Position numbers and translations under genes: made by a program
Notes under the pieces: generated by a model
What the model saw: the letters and a program-made list of their open reading frames with translations, nothing else
Database searches by the model: none
What the model was told of the DNA's origin: nothing
Source of the DNA: an uncultured Hyphomicrobiaceae bacterium
GTDB lineage: Bacteria; Pseudomonadota; Alphaproteobacteria; Rhizobiales; Rhodomicrobiaceae
Assembly: GCA_964466965.1 (NCBI GenBank)
Contig: CAYXPZ010000002.1
Coordinates: 1-61,834 of the forward strand
Length of the DNA stretch: 61,834 bases
Reading direction: 5' to 3'
Shown: positions 1 through 10,035 of the stretch, in pieces
How the letters are laid out: every line of letters begins with the position of its first letter
Numbering within the stretch: the stretch's first letter is position 1

Positions 1-306
<306 letters not shown>

Positions 307-550
307 ATGATTTGATTCTGACTGTTCTCGAAAGGACCCAAAGATTCGGATCGTTTCGAGCGACCACTGCGTTCTGTTTTAGATAGGAATTGTTCGGAGT
401 CCTATGTCACACACAGCTTTTCGCTCTACAAGAGCACGTAAAGCCGATGCGTCACAGAAACGCCGGTCGTCAGAGTCTCGTCGGTCCGCATTTCTGCGAA
501 CCCGCAAGAGCTCCGCCGCCTGCGTTTCTCTTCCTTCCATAAATCCACAT

Positions 551-562
551 TGTCAAAGAGCC
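551..562 (-). promoter_or_regulatory. rrn antitermination boxA
   Basis: Minus strand GGCTCTTTGACA in the rRNA leader, matching boxA (TGCTCTTTAACA-like). Confidence 0.75.
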
Positions 563-741
563 GAGTAGAAACGCTTCGCGCGCTTTCACTCTTGAAGCCT
601 TCAGCTTCGCATCCTCCGACCAGCACTGACGCGCCGACGGTCGACTTGGTTTCCAAGCGATCCCCCGCGGTTGCTATGTATCTTCGGAAGTTCCGAGGAG
701 TCAAACCGAACGTGGCCTAACTCCGTTCCGGACAGACCTTA

Positions 742-770
742 AACTTAACTCGCGCCCTGCCCCCTGTCAA
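742..770 (-). promoter_or_regulatory. sigma70-type rrn promoter
   Basis: Minus strand TTGACA-N17-TAAGTT upstream of the 16S leader. Confidence 0.75.
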
Positions 771-885
771 CACCCCCGCAACATTTGTTGCCAAAGCCTT
801 CACCAGGTGGCTACAGGCGGCAGCAATCCCCGCCTGAGCGGCGTACCATGATGCCGTCACAAAGCGTATATAACACCTTGACTTC

Positions 886-901
886 TAAAGGAATGGTTAA
901 C
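886..901. promoter_or_regulatory. CtrA-box-like site upstream of the M23 peptidase
   Basis: TAAA-GGAATGG-TTAAC, one mismatch to TTAA-N7-TTAAC, in an AT-rich intergenic region. Confidence 0.45.
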
Positions 902-1124
902 GCGAAAAAAATTTTTTATGGAATTTCATGCGCTTCCACTAGGGGTGATATAAGATCGCCGTCGCTATCCACAAGAGGGCAGATGGCTGTGTATAACGAG
1001 GGATAACTCGACGATCGACGATCTGCGGTGGGACCTGCCACGGCGCTCTTGCTTAGGGCTACGTGCGGGCGGGCTGCACATGGGATATACCGGCTTCGCA
1101 TCAGACGGGCTGTAACACGGGGGC

Positions 1125-3125
1125 ATGATGCTAGACAGACGAAAGCGGTCATCCAGGGCGCTGGTCACAACGGGCGACCACGAGACGCTCCCTCAAGTGT
1201 ATCTGTCGAAAGTGCCAGAGCCGCGCGGGGTGCTACCGCAAGAACCGGAACAGGATGTCGCCTCCCGGCTCAAATGGATCGTCTCCACCTGCTTGGTCGG
1301 CGTAGCGGGCCTGTGCGTCATTGCAGTCGTTCTTTACGCATCTATGGATTTCGACCGCGGCGAGGGGATTATATCCTCGATGCAAAAGGCGGGAGTGTCC
1401 GCCATGCAGACCAAACAGGTCGGCAATATCGTACACGATCAACCGGACATCACCTTCGGTCAGAAGACAGACCGCATCAAGCTCACTGCGAAGGGCGTCA
1501 CAACCAGCCATATCATACACGACAGCATGGTCGTGCGCCGTAACGCCACGGAATTCATCGAAATAAAGCCTTACGTCCTGATTGAAGCATCGCTCGCCAC
1601 GCAGGTCCCGCAGAGCACTGCTGACATCCCGGAATTCGATCCGTTCGAATTGTATGCGGACAAGACGCCCGTATCGGACCCAGCACAAACGAAAGCCCGC
1701 GAAACCGCGTCGGACAACGTGGCGCTCAGCTTCAGTGACATCCGGGTCGCCCAACTTACCATGCTGGACAATCATACTATGGGGCCTGAACGCGCAGAGC
1801 AGTTTGTCGCTGAGGCCGCCGCCGTTCTGGCTGAAACCGGCGCCGAGTTCGAGACAGCGCCTGCCGAACCTGCCGCGCAAGATCAGATTGCCGATGCCCT
1901 CGAACCCGCCGATCAAGACATCGGCCCAAATACGACCGTCATCCGGAAGCGGCCCGAACTAACCGAAGATGCAGCCCCACGGCTGAGGACCACCGCCGTC
2001 GAAGTGCGCTCGGGAGACACGCTCTATCGGCTCCTCAGTGAAGCTGGCGCGAAAGAGCCTGAAGCGAAAGCGATCGTTAACGCCATGAAAAGCGTGCCCG
2101 GGGCTGTCGAGCTGGAAGCGGGTCAAGAGATCCGGTTCCAGCATGCCAGTGTCGGCACGGGCGAGAAGGAGCAACCCCCTCTCGGCGTCAGTCTCTATGG
2201 CGGTGACGAGCATATCGTCAGCGTAACAAAAACTGAGAACGGCGATTACGTCGCCGCCGACGAAGAGATCAAGATCGCCGCAACTTTAAACTCAGGCGAA
2301 CCACGGTTCTCACGGCGCGCTTCTCTTTACACCAGCATCTTTCACGCAGCCATTTCGCAGGATTTGCCGCACGACCTGGTAATGAACCTGCTACGCACGC
2401 TCGCTTACGACGTGGACTTTAAGCAAAAAGTGGGGGTGGGCGACTCGATTCGCTTCTTCTTTGACGTTGAGCGGGAACCGAGCGGCCTCGAAAAACCGGG
2501 AGAATTGCTCTACGCCGAAATGGCGGTCGGGGGCGACGCGTATCGTTACTATCGCTTCCGCACGCCAGATGGCGAAATCGATTTCTATAACGAAAACGGC
2601 TCGAATTCGCGCAAGTTCCTGATGCGCAAGCCGGTCAAGGGAGCGCGTTTTACATCCGGATTCGGCTATCGCCGCCATCCGATCCTGGGAACGCGCCGCA
2701 TGCATACCGGCACGGACTGGGCGGCTCCGCGCGGCACGCCCATACTGGCACCAGGCGACGGAACAGTGGTTTTTGTCGGACGCAAAGGTGGTTACGGCAA
2801 CCACGTTCGCATTAAACACGGCAATGGCTACAAGACCACGTTTTCGCATTTGCACAGATTTTCTGAGAATATCCGCAGCGGCGTGAAGGTGAAGCAGGGA
2901 CAGGTGATCGGTTACATTGGCTCTACAGGACGTTCTACAGGGCCGCATTTGCACTACGAGGTTCTCGTCAACGACAAATTCACCGATCCCATGAAAGTTG
3001 CGACCGGCAGCAGCCGACAACTTCAGGGTCGTCTGCTGGCAGAGTTCAAGAACGAGAAGCAACGCATTGATGGGCTTATGCGCAGAGCCCCGGTTAAAAC
3101 CCAGGTTGCCGCCGTCAACGAGTAA
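1125..3125 (+). CDS. M23 family peptidoglycan endopeptidase (membrane-anchored, LysM-like and M23 domains)
   Basis: N-terminal TM helix; VRSGDTL LysM-like segment; M23 motifs HTGTD, GGYGN, STGPHLHYEV. Confidence 0.93.
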   Translation: MMLDRRKRSSRALVTTGDHETLPQVYLSKVPEPRGVLPQEPEQDVASRLKWIVSTCLVGVAGLCVIAVVLYASMDFDRGEGIISSMQKAGVSAMQTKQVGNIVHDQPDITFGQKTDRIKLTAKGVTTSHIIHDSMVVRRNATEFIEIKPYVLIEASLATQVPQSTADIPEFDPFELYADKTPVSDPAQTKARETASDNVALSFSDIRVAQLTMLDNHTMGPERAEQFVAEAAAVLAETGAEFETAPAEPAAQDQIADALEPADQDIGPNTTVIRKRPELTEDAAPRLRTTAVEVRSGDTLYRLLSEAGAKEPEAKAIVNAMKSVPGAVELEAGQEIRFQHASVGTGEKEQPPLGVSLYGGDEHIVSVTKTENGDYVAADEEIKIAATLNSGEPRFSRRASLYTSIFHAAISQDLPHDLVMNLLRTLAYDVDFKQKVGVGDSIRFFFDVEREPSGLEKPGELLYAEMAVGGDAYRYYRFRTPDGEIDFYNENGSNSRKFLMRKPVKGARFTSGFGYRRHPILGTRRMHTGTDWAAPRGTPILAPGDGTVVFVGRKGGYGNHVRIKHGNGYKTTFSHLHRFSENIRSGVKVKQGQVIGYIGSTGRSTGPHLHYEVLVNDKFTDPMKVATGSSRQLQGRLLAEFKNEKQRIDGLMRRAPVKTQVAAVNE

Positions 3126-3229
3126 CTTTTCGACCGCTATTGTGGTGATCGCGGCATTGCCCGAGCATTCTTGCTGACCTATAACCTCATCCTGATTGTT
3201 AGTCAGGAGTCATTTCGATGCATGAGAGC

Positions 3230-3532
3230 ATGAGTCGTTTTACCGTTAGTTTGTTCGCCCTTCTCATCATCGCAACGCCGGGTGCCGCGGCTGCGCAGAC
3301 ATGCTTTCCGGTGAAGAGCGAGGTCGTAAGCCTGGGTCAGGAGAACGCTGAGGTCTACACTGGCCGCAGCCTTGACAGGGCGATCGCCGCGCGGACCGAA
3401 ATGATCGAAGCGAGTGGCCGCGAGGTCGGCAACGTGACGCGCGAGGACCTCGAATGCGCGCCCTACCCAAATCTCATCGGCGCCGATGAGTGGCGCTGCG
3501 CGGGCCGCGCGGTGGTCTGCGCCGCCAACTAA
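3230..3532 (+). CDS. small secreted Cys-containing hypothetical protein
   Basis: Signal-peptide-like N-terminus ending AAAA|Q; 4 Cys; 15 nt upstream of thiL. Start may be 3218 or 3230. Confidence 0.7.
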   Translation: MSRFTVSLFALLIIATPGAAAAQTCFPVKSEVVSLGQENAEVYTGRSLDRAIAARTEMIEASGREVGNVTREDLECAPYPNLIGADEWRCAGRAVVCAAN

Positions 3533-3547
3533 CGCGTTTTCCGGACA

Positions 3548-4552
3548 ATGGACGAAGAAGAGATCATCCAAACCTTCTTCGCGCCGCTCGCCAGCAACCA
3601 CCAGGGCGCGTTGGGCCTCTCTGATGACGCCGCGACGCTCCAGGTCACGCCTGGCCACGAACTCGTCGTCACCACAGATGCTCTCGTCGCCGGAATTCAC
3701 TTCCTCCCAGGCGACGCGCCCACCGACATAGCCGCGAAGGCGCTCGGCGTAAATCTCTCTGACCTCGCGGGAAAAGGCGCGGAACCACTGGCCTACGTTC
3801 TGTCTCTCTGCCTGCCGCAGCCAGTTTCGGCGACTTGGCTGACGGGCTTCCAGAAAGGTCTTGAGGCGGCGCAAGCGAGTCATGGGATACGCCTGATCGG
3901 CGGTGACACCACCCGTAGCCCCGCTGCGACCGTGCTGTCCATCACCGCGTTCGGCACCATTCCCGCGGGGCAGATGGTGCGGCGCAGCACGGCGCGGCCC
4001 GGAGACCATCTGTACGTCTCAGGCACGATCGGGGATGCTGCGCTCGGCCTGCTGCTTGCCCTCGGCGATCCGCGGACAGAGGGTTGGCGCCTCGACGCCG
4101 GATCCCGCGAGGTCCTGCTCTCGCGGTATCGCCGGCCTCAACCGCGAACGAATTTGGCGCGCACCGTGAGAGACCTCGCCCACGCCGCTCTCGACATCTC
4201 AGACGGCTTGGTTATCGACGCCATTCGCCTTTGTCGCGCCTCTGGGTGCACAGCGACCATCCACGCGGAGCTGGTGCCGCTTTCACCCGCCGCCCAGCGC
4301 GCCCAAACAGCAGACCCACAGGCCCTGCAGACGGTCCTCACCGGCGGGGATGACTACGAACTGCTCATGGCCGTCCCTCCTGAGAATGGCGACGCCTTGC
4401 TCCGCGCAGCGGAACAAGCCGGAACGCCGGTGCACTGTATTGGCGAAGTTACTGGCGCGCTGACGGAATCCGGGGAAAGTCCGGTTCGCATCGTCGCAGC
4501 CGATGGTGCCCAGATCGAGCTCCGCCATCCCGGCTACACGCACTTCGGCTGA
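3548..4552 (+). CDS. thiL: thiamine-monophosphate kinase
   Basis: Motifs DDAA, TTDALVAGIHF, NLSDLAGKGA, GGDT, DISDGL, GGDDYEL. Confidence 0.96.
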   Translation: MDEEEIIQTFFAPLASNHQGALGLSDDAATLQVTPGHELVVTTDALVAGIHFLPGDAPTDIAAKALGVNLSDLAGKGAEPLAYVLSLCLPQPVSATWLTGFQKGLEAAQASHGIRLIGGDTTRSPAATVLSITAFGTIPAGQMVRRSTARPGDHLYVSGTIGDAALGLLLALGDPRTEGWRLDAGSREVLLSRYRRPQPRTNLARTVRDLAHAALDISDGLVIDAIRLCRASGCTATIHAELVPLSPAAQRAQTADPQALQTVLTGGDDYELLMAVPPENGDALLRAAEQAGTPVHCIGEVTGALTESGESPVRIVAADGAQIELRHPGYTHFG

Positions 4553-4731
4553 TCACCGGAACATTGTTGCACTGCGGGGGGTATTTTGGCATGTTCCCGC
4601 CGGTTCGCGCGTCGGTTCAGATGCTGGAACCAAAAGGTGTTGGGGGGAAAAGAGACTGCCGGGCACGGCTATGATCGCTCGGTGGCTTCAACAAAACCCA
4701 GATTTCAATAATCATACCCGGGACGATTCCA

Positions 4732-6846
4732 ATGGATAACGTGATCTGGCTTATCGTTGCCGCCGGTCTGCTTTCGCTCGTTTATGGCGCGCTGACAATT
4801 CGTCAGCTGCTCGCCGCTGACCCCGGCAACGAACGTATGCAGGAAATCGCTGGCGCAATTCAAGAAGGCGCACAGGCTTATTTGTCGCGCCAATACACGA
4901 CCATCGCCATCGTCGGCGGCGTCATCTTCCTCATCGTTTTGTTTCTGCTCGGCCTGCCCGTGGCGATCGGCTTCCTGCTCGGCGCGGTGCTGTCCGGCGC
5001 AGCTGGCTTCATCGGCATGATCGTGTCGGTCCGCGCGAACGTGCGCACCACCCAGGCGGCAAGCGTGAGCCTTGCGGACGGGCTCTCGATCGCCTTCAAG
5101 TCCGGTGCGGTGACCGGCATGTTGGTGGCCGGCCTGGCGCTGCTGGCCGTAACGGTCTATTTCGCGATTTTGCTGCTGTTGGGCTACGATCAGACCGATC
5201 GGACGATCGTGGATGCTCTCGTCGCTCTTGGTTTCGGCGCATCGCTGATTTCGATCTTCGCCCGTCTGGGCGGCGGCATCTTCACAAAGGGCGCGGATGT
5301 CGGCGGTGATCTGGTCGGCAAGGTCGAAGCGGGCATTCCGGAAGACGACCCGCGCAACCCGGCGACCATCGCGGACAACGTCGGCGACAATGTCGGCGAC
5401 TGCGCCGGCATGGCAGCGGACCTCTTCGAAACCTATGTCGTGACAGTGGTGGCAACCATGGTCCTGGCCTCCATATACTTCGCTGGTCAGGACATCCTCA
5501 TGCCCGCGATGGTTTACCCGCTGGCAATCGGCGGCGTCTGTGTGCTCACCTCGATTATCGGCACATTCTTCGTTCGGTTGGGCTCGGATGGCAGCATCAT
5601 GGGCGCGCTCTATAAGGGCTTCGTCGCCACAGGCGCACTGTCGCTGCTCGCGCTTTGGCCCGTCACCGATTTCATCATCGGCATGGATACGGAGATGACG
5701 GCCTCGGGCATCAGCTTTACCGGCGCTGAACTGTTCTATTGCGGCGCGATCGGGCTGGTCATCACGGGCCTCTTCATCGTCATCACCGAGTACTACACGG
5801 GCACCGGCTTCCGGCCGGTTCGCTCTATCGCTGAAGCGTCGCGAACTGGTCATGGCACCAACGTAATCCAAGGTCTGGCGATCTCGCTAGAGGCCACCGC
5901 GCTGCCAGCCATCGTCATCATCGCGGGCATCCTGATCGCCTTCAATCTCGCGGGGCTATTCGGTATCGCAATTGCTGTGACAACCATGCTGGCGCTCGCC
6001 GGCATGGTCGTTGCACTCGACGCTTTCGGCCCAGTGACCGACAACGCTGGCGGTATCGCCGAGATGGCCGACTTGCCGGAAGAGGTGCGCAATACCACGG
6101 ACGCGCTGGACGCGGTTGGCAACACGACCAAGGCCGTGACCAAGGGCTACGCAATTGGTTCGGCGGGCCTCGGCGCGCTGGTCCTGTTCGCCGCCTACAC
6201 GCAGGATCTGAACTTTTTCATCAACAACACCGCCGATTACCCCTATTTCGCGGGCGTTGACCTCGACTTCTCGCTGTCCAATCCGTATGTCGTGGTCGGC
6301 TTGTTCTTCGGCGGTCTGCTGCCCTACCTGTTCGGCGCGATGGGCATGACAGCGGTCGGCCGCGCCGGCGGCAAGGTCGTCGAGGAGGTCCGGCGGCAGT
6401 TCAAAGAGAAGCCGGGCATCATGGAAGGCAAGGACAAGCCGGACTACGGTGCAGCGGTCGATATGCTGACCAAGGCGGCGATCAAGGAGATGGTGATCCC
6501 GTCCATGCTGCCGGTTCTATCGCCGATCGTGGTGTTCATTGTCATCAGCCTCGTGGCGGACAAGTCGGCGGCGTTCTCTGCCGTGGGCGCGATGCTGCTC
6601 GGCGTCATCGTGACTGGGCTATTCGTCGCAATCTCAATGACGGCGGGCGGCGGCGCCTGGGACAATGCCAAGAAGTACATCGAGGATGGCAATTTCGGCG
6701 GCAAGGGCTCTGAGGCTCACAAGGCCGCGGTGACGGGCGATACCGTGGGCGATCCTTACAAGGATACGGCGGGGCCGGCGGTCAACCCGATGATCAAGAT
6801 TACCAACATCGTCGCGCTGCTGTTGCTGGCGGTGCTGGCGCACTGA
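4732..6846 (+). CDS. hppA: membrane-bound H+-translocating pyrophosphatase, K+-independent type
   Basis: [45 protein letters not shown]; GNTTKA (Lys form) marks the K+-independent subfamily. Confidence 0.97.
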   Translation: MDNVIWLIVAAGLLSLVYGALTIRQLLAADPGNERMQEIAGAIQEGAQAYLSRQYTTIAIVGGVIFLIVLFLLGLPVAIGFLLGAVLSGAAGFIGMIVSVRANVRTTQAASVSLADGLSIAFKSGAVTGMLVAGLALLAVTVYFAILLLLGYDQTDRTIVDALVALGFGASLISIFARLGGGIFTKGADVGGDLVGKVEAGIPEDDPRNPATIADNVGDNVGDCAGMAADLFETYVVTVVATMVLASIYFAGQDILMPAMVYPLAIGGVCVLTSIIGTFFVRLGSDGSIMGALYKGFVATGALSLLALWPVTDFIIGMDTEMTASGISFTGAELFYCGAIGLVITGLFIVITEYYTGTGFRPVRSIAEASRTGHGTNVIQGLAISLEATALPAIVIIAGILIAFNLAGLFGIAIAVTTMLALAGMVVALDAFGPVTDNAGGIAEMADLPEEVRNTTDALDAVGNTTKAVTKGYAIGSAGLGALVLFAAYTQDLNFFINNTADYPYFAGVDLDFSLSNPYVVVGLFFGGLLPYLFGAMGMTAVGRAGGKVVEEVRRQFKEKPGIMEGKDKPDYGAAVDMLTKAAIKEMVIPSMLPVLSPIVVFIVISLVADKSAAFSAVGAMLLGVIVTGLFVAISMTAGGGAWDNAKKYIEDGNFGGKGSEAHKAAVTGDTVGDPYKDTAGPAVNPMIKITNIVALLLLAVLAH

Positions 6847-6872
6847 GGCTCAGCGACCAACCGAAAAGACAG

Positions 6873-6902
6873 AAAGCCGCGCTGCCGACAGCGCGGCTTT
6901 TT
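6873..6902 (+). terminator. rho-independent terminator after hppA (possibly bidirectional)
   Basis: AAAGCCGCGCTG-CCGA-CAGCGCGGCTTT followed by TT, between convergent genes. Confidence 0.85.
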
Positions 6903-6933
6903 GCGTCGTGGAGCTCACGCACCATGATCGCAC

Positions 6934-7839
6934 TCAACCTAAAAATGCCCGCAATATCGAAAGCACATCGTCAGGCGCTTCCTCAGGAATAAAGTGGCCT
7001 GTCGGCATCGGCTGAAACTGAGGGCTGTCGCACCAGCGCGACCAGATATCGCGCAGATCGAAGTGGCGGCCTACCACGCCATGCTCGCCCCACATGACCA
7101 GCGTCGGGCATTCGATGGACTTACCGTTCGCCCGATCCTCCCCGTCGTGGACGCGATCCAAGTGAAAACCAGCGCGGAAGCATTCGCACATTGCCGAGAC
7201 GGCCTCGGACCGCGACGCCGAGGCGAGATAGGTTTCCAAAGCCTCTGGAGCATACGGCACAGGTTTGTTCGACAACCCCGTCAGAATTAGCCTCATAAAT
7301 CGGCGCGGATCGCCGGCAATGAGCGACTCAGGGATCGGATGGTCCTGTGTGAGGAATACGAAATAGAAATAGTCCTGCGCGATCTCGGCTGTCAGGTTTT
7401 CATAGAAATCGAGGGCGGGGACAATATCCATAACCACAAGCCGTTCAACGGCCTCCGGATGATCGAGCGCTAGCCGCCGGGCCACGCGCGCCCCGCGGTC
7501 ATGCCCGACCACGGTAAAGCGGTCGTAGCCGAGCGCGCGCATCACCTCCAATTGCTCGGAGGCCATCGTTCGCTTGGCGTAGGCGTCACGTCCCGCTCCC
7601 GGCTGAGGCTTGTGGGACTCGCCGCGCCCCCGCAGGTCGGTAAGGACTACCGTGTGGTCCTGGGCAAGGGGCGCCGCCTGATGATGCCAGCAGAGATGCG
7701 TCTGCGGGTCGCCATGCAGCATGAGTATGGGTGGCCCCTCGCCGGCCGTCAATGCAAGGATCGTGCCGTCCTGTGTCGTGACCAAGCGCCGCTGGAAGCC
7801 GGGCAACAATTCGCGGTCAACGTCTTCAAAGCGTGTCAT
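6934..7839 (-). CDS. alpha/beta hydrolase, haloacetate dehalogenase-like
   Basis: LHGDPQ, DLRGRG, YAKRTMA, nucleophile motif GHDRGAR, C-terminal GHFIPEEAP. Confidence 0.85.
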   Translation of the reverse strand: MTRFEDVDRELLPGFQRRLVTTQDGTILALTAGEGPPILMLHGDPQTHLCWHHQAAPLAQDHTVVLTDLRGRGESHKPQPGAGRDAYAKRTMASEQLEVMRALGYDRFTVVGHDRGARVARRLALDHPEAVERLVVMDIVPALDFYENLTAEIAQDYFYFVFLTQDHPIPESLIAGDPRRFMRLILTGLSNKPVPYAPEALETYLASASRSEAVSAMCECFRAGFHLDRVHDGEDRANGKSIECPTLVMWGEHGVVGRHFDLRDIWSRWCDSPQFQPMPTGHFIPEEAPDDVLSILRAFLG

Positions 7840-8131
7840 TAAGCCAGTCCTTATATTCGGCGATCACTGCCTCGTCGCGCCGGTAGTACGACCAACGGCC
7901 AACCTTTTCGGCGCGAACGAAGCCGGCCCGTCGCAAGAGATCGAGATGCTGGCTCACCGTCGGCTGCGCCATGCCGAGCTTTTGGGTCATTAGGGTTACG
8001 CACACGCCGATTTTTTCCGGCGGGCCGGTCGTCTGATGTGAGAAATGAAGTTCAGGTTCCGCGAGCCACCGCAGAATGGATTGCCGCACATCACTTGCCA
8101 GGGCTTTCGATTGTTCGATCCTGTGATCCAT
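7826..8131 (-). CDS. ArsR/SmtB family transcriptional regulator
   Basis: KALA...RQSILRWL, GVCV, QPTVSQHLDLLRRAGFV, GRWSYYRR; overlaps the hydrolase start. Confidence 0.9.
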   Translation of the reverse strand: MDHRIEQSKALASDVRQSILRWLAEPELHFSHQTTGPPEKIGVCVTLMTQKLGMAQPTVSQHLDLLRRAGFVRAEKVGRWSYYRRDEAVIAEYKDWLNDTL

Positions 8132-8325
8132 GAGATAAGGCTAATCGTTGTTTAGCTATATGTCTATTGATTTGCCAAACATCGGGGGAGAGCGATTTTC
8201 CTGGTCAGGGCCAAGCCCAATGACGTTGGTTCGAATTCAATCACGGCGCCGGTCTTATCGCCGTGCAAAAGCTAGCGACTCCGCATATATCCGAGGGACC
8301 GGCTGGGCCAATAAAGGAGACGGTG

Positions 8326-9504
8326 ATGCAATTCTCAAGCATCGAGACGGCGATCGAAACGATCCGCAAGGGCGGTATCATCATCGTGGTGGACGACGAG
8401 GACCGCGAAAACGAGGGTGATTTCATCTGCGCTGCACAGACGATCACGCCGGAGAAGGTCAATTTCATGCTGGGCGGACGCGGCCTGCTCTGCGTGACGC
8501 TGACCGAGGAAGCCGCACGGCGACTCGACCTCGCCCCAGCCGCCAAGTCGAACACGGCCCTGCAAAACACCGCCTTCACCGTCTCGGTTGATCACGCGTC
8601 GACCAACACCGGCATCTCGGCGGCCGAGCGCGCGACGACGATTGCAGCGCTTGCCGACCCGGGGGCCCGGCCGGAGGATTTCGCGCGGCCCGGCCACGTC
8701 TTCCCCATCGTCGGGCGCGAGGGCGGCGTGCTCATGCGCGCGGGACACACCGAAGCCTCCATCGACCTCGCGGCACTCGCAGGGCTGGCGCCGGCCGGCG
8801 TGCTGATCGAAATTCTCAACGAAGACGGTACCATGGCCCGGCGCGACGACCTCGCCAAACTGGCGGCCGCGCAGGGCATGCCGATGATTACCATCGCAGA
8901 CCTGATCCGCCACCGTTATCGCCACGAGCAGATCGTGCGCCGCATGACCGAGGCGACCCTGCCAACACGCTACGGTGACTTCCGGCTCATTGCCTACGAC
9001 GTCGCCTATAGCAATGAGCAGCCGGTTGCGCTGATCAAGGGCGATCTGAGCCAGGCGGAGGCGCCGCTTGTGCGCGTCCATGCAGCGTCGATCACGGATG
9101 ATGTATTGGAAAACCTGCGTCGGGACGGCGGTACGCAGCTGCACCACTCCATGGCACGAATTGGCGCGGAGGGCGTCGGTGCGATTGTCTATCTGCCGCA
9201 GGATGCACGCGGCATTGGACTATTGGAACAGCTCAAGCGGTATCAGACGTCCCAAGAGCCGACCGAGCGAAGTCGAAGCCAGGAATGCGATGCGCGCGAT
9301 TATGGGCTCGGTATTCAGATTTTAAAGGATCTCGGCCTATCGAAGATCCGCGCGCTCACCAACACGCCGAAACCGACAGACGCCTTCATCTTCGACGGGT
9401 TTGATCTGCAGGTCGTGGAGCAGGTGCCGATCTCTGAGACCCGGGAGGCAAGCGACGGTGAGCCGGAAGGTGCGCCGCGCCTTGTCTTCAGCAACGAGAG
9501 CTGA
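8326..9504 (+). CDS. ribB: 3,4-dihydroxy-2-butanone-4-phosphate synthase fused to a degenerate GTP cyclohydrolase II domain (RibBX-like)
   Basis: DEDRENEGD, FTVSVD, TGISA, RPGHVFP, GHTEA; C-terminal RibA-like domain lacks the Zn-binding Cys; AAGGAG SD upstream of 8323/8326. Confidence 0.9.
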   Translation: MQFSSIETAIETIRKGGIIIVVDDEDRENEGDFICAAQTITPEKVNFMLGGRGLLCVTLTEEAARRLDLAPAAKSNTALQNTAFTVSVDHASTNTGISAAERATTIAALADPGARPEDFARPGHVFPIVGREGGVLMRAGHTEASIDLAALAGLAPAGVLIEILNEDGTMARRDDLAKLAAAQGMPMITIADLIRHRYRHEQIVRRMTEATLPTRYGDFRLIAYDVAYSNEQPVALIKGDLSQAEAPLVRVHAASITDDVLENLRRDGGTQLHHSMARIGAEGVGAIVYLPQDARGIGLLEQLKRYQTSQEPTERSRSQECDARDYGLGIQILKDLGLSKIRALTNTPKPTDAFIFDGFDLQVVEQVPISETREASDGEPEGAPRLVFSNES

Positions 9505-9510
9505 ACCCGG

Positions 9511-10032
9511 CTACTGCTGTGGCGCGGAATACCGCCCGTCGAAATAGACCAGCGGGGCCGCATCTGGGTTATGGCGCGTGCCCTGGACGAGTTCACCCAG
9601 AACGATCTGGTGATCTCCGCCGGGGTAAACCTCATCGACGCGACACTCCAACGCCGCCAGGACACCTTCCAGGACAGGCGCGCCCAACCGTCCATCATGG
9701 GTGGCAAGGTCCTTGAACTTATCAGGACGCTTATGAGCGAAGCGGTTGGAAATCTCTTCCTGCCCGCTGGCGAGGAAGTTGACGCAAAAAATGCCACTCT
9801 CGCGCATCGCCGCAAGGGTTTCGGAGTCGTTGCGCAGGCACATCAGCAACAGGGGGGGCTCCAGCGAGACGGAGGTCACGCTGTTCATCGTCACGCCATA
9901 GGCGCGGCCCTGCGCATCGCGCGTGGTCACCACGGACACCCCGGTGGGCCATAGGCGAAAGCAGGCGCGAAATTCATTTGGGTCCGCGCTAAACGTCTCT
10001 GCCGTCGTCTTATCCTTGCGCCAAAATGTCAT
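9511..10032 (-). CDS. flavin reductase family protein (HpaC/DszD-like)
   Basis: PTGVSVVT, SVTSVSLEPPL, FCVNFL, GGDHQIVLGE, PLVYFDGRY. Confidence 0.92.
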   Translation of the reverse strand: MTFWRKDKTTAETFSADPNEFRACFRLWPTGVSVVTTRDAQGRAYGVTMNSVTSVSLEPPLLLMCLRNDSETLAAMRESGIFCVNFLASGQEEISNRFAHKRPDKFKDLATHDGRLGAPVLEGVLAALECRVDEVYPGGDHQIVLGELVQGTRHNPDAAPLVYFDGRYSAPQQ

Positions 10033-10035
10033 GCG

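Noticed and set aside
426-1168. Short ORFs near the rRNA gene
   Set aside because: They overlap the rrn leader, boxA and promoter region and show no coding features.
4553-4731. Possible cobalamin riboswitch before hppA (AGAGACTGCC)
   Set aside because: Only a short resemblance to the B12-box end; the other conserved elements are missing.
4705-5871. 388-aa minus-strand ORF
   Set aside because: Antisense shadow of hppA caused by GC-rich codon bias; no recognisable motifs.
8132-8325. Possible FMN riboswitch upstream of ribB
   Set aside because: RFN signature segments such as AGGGCGGGGTGAAATTCCCCACCGGCGG are absent.
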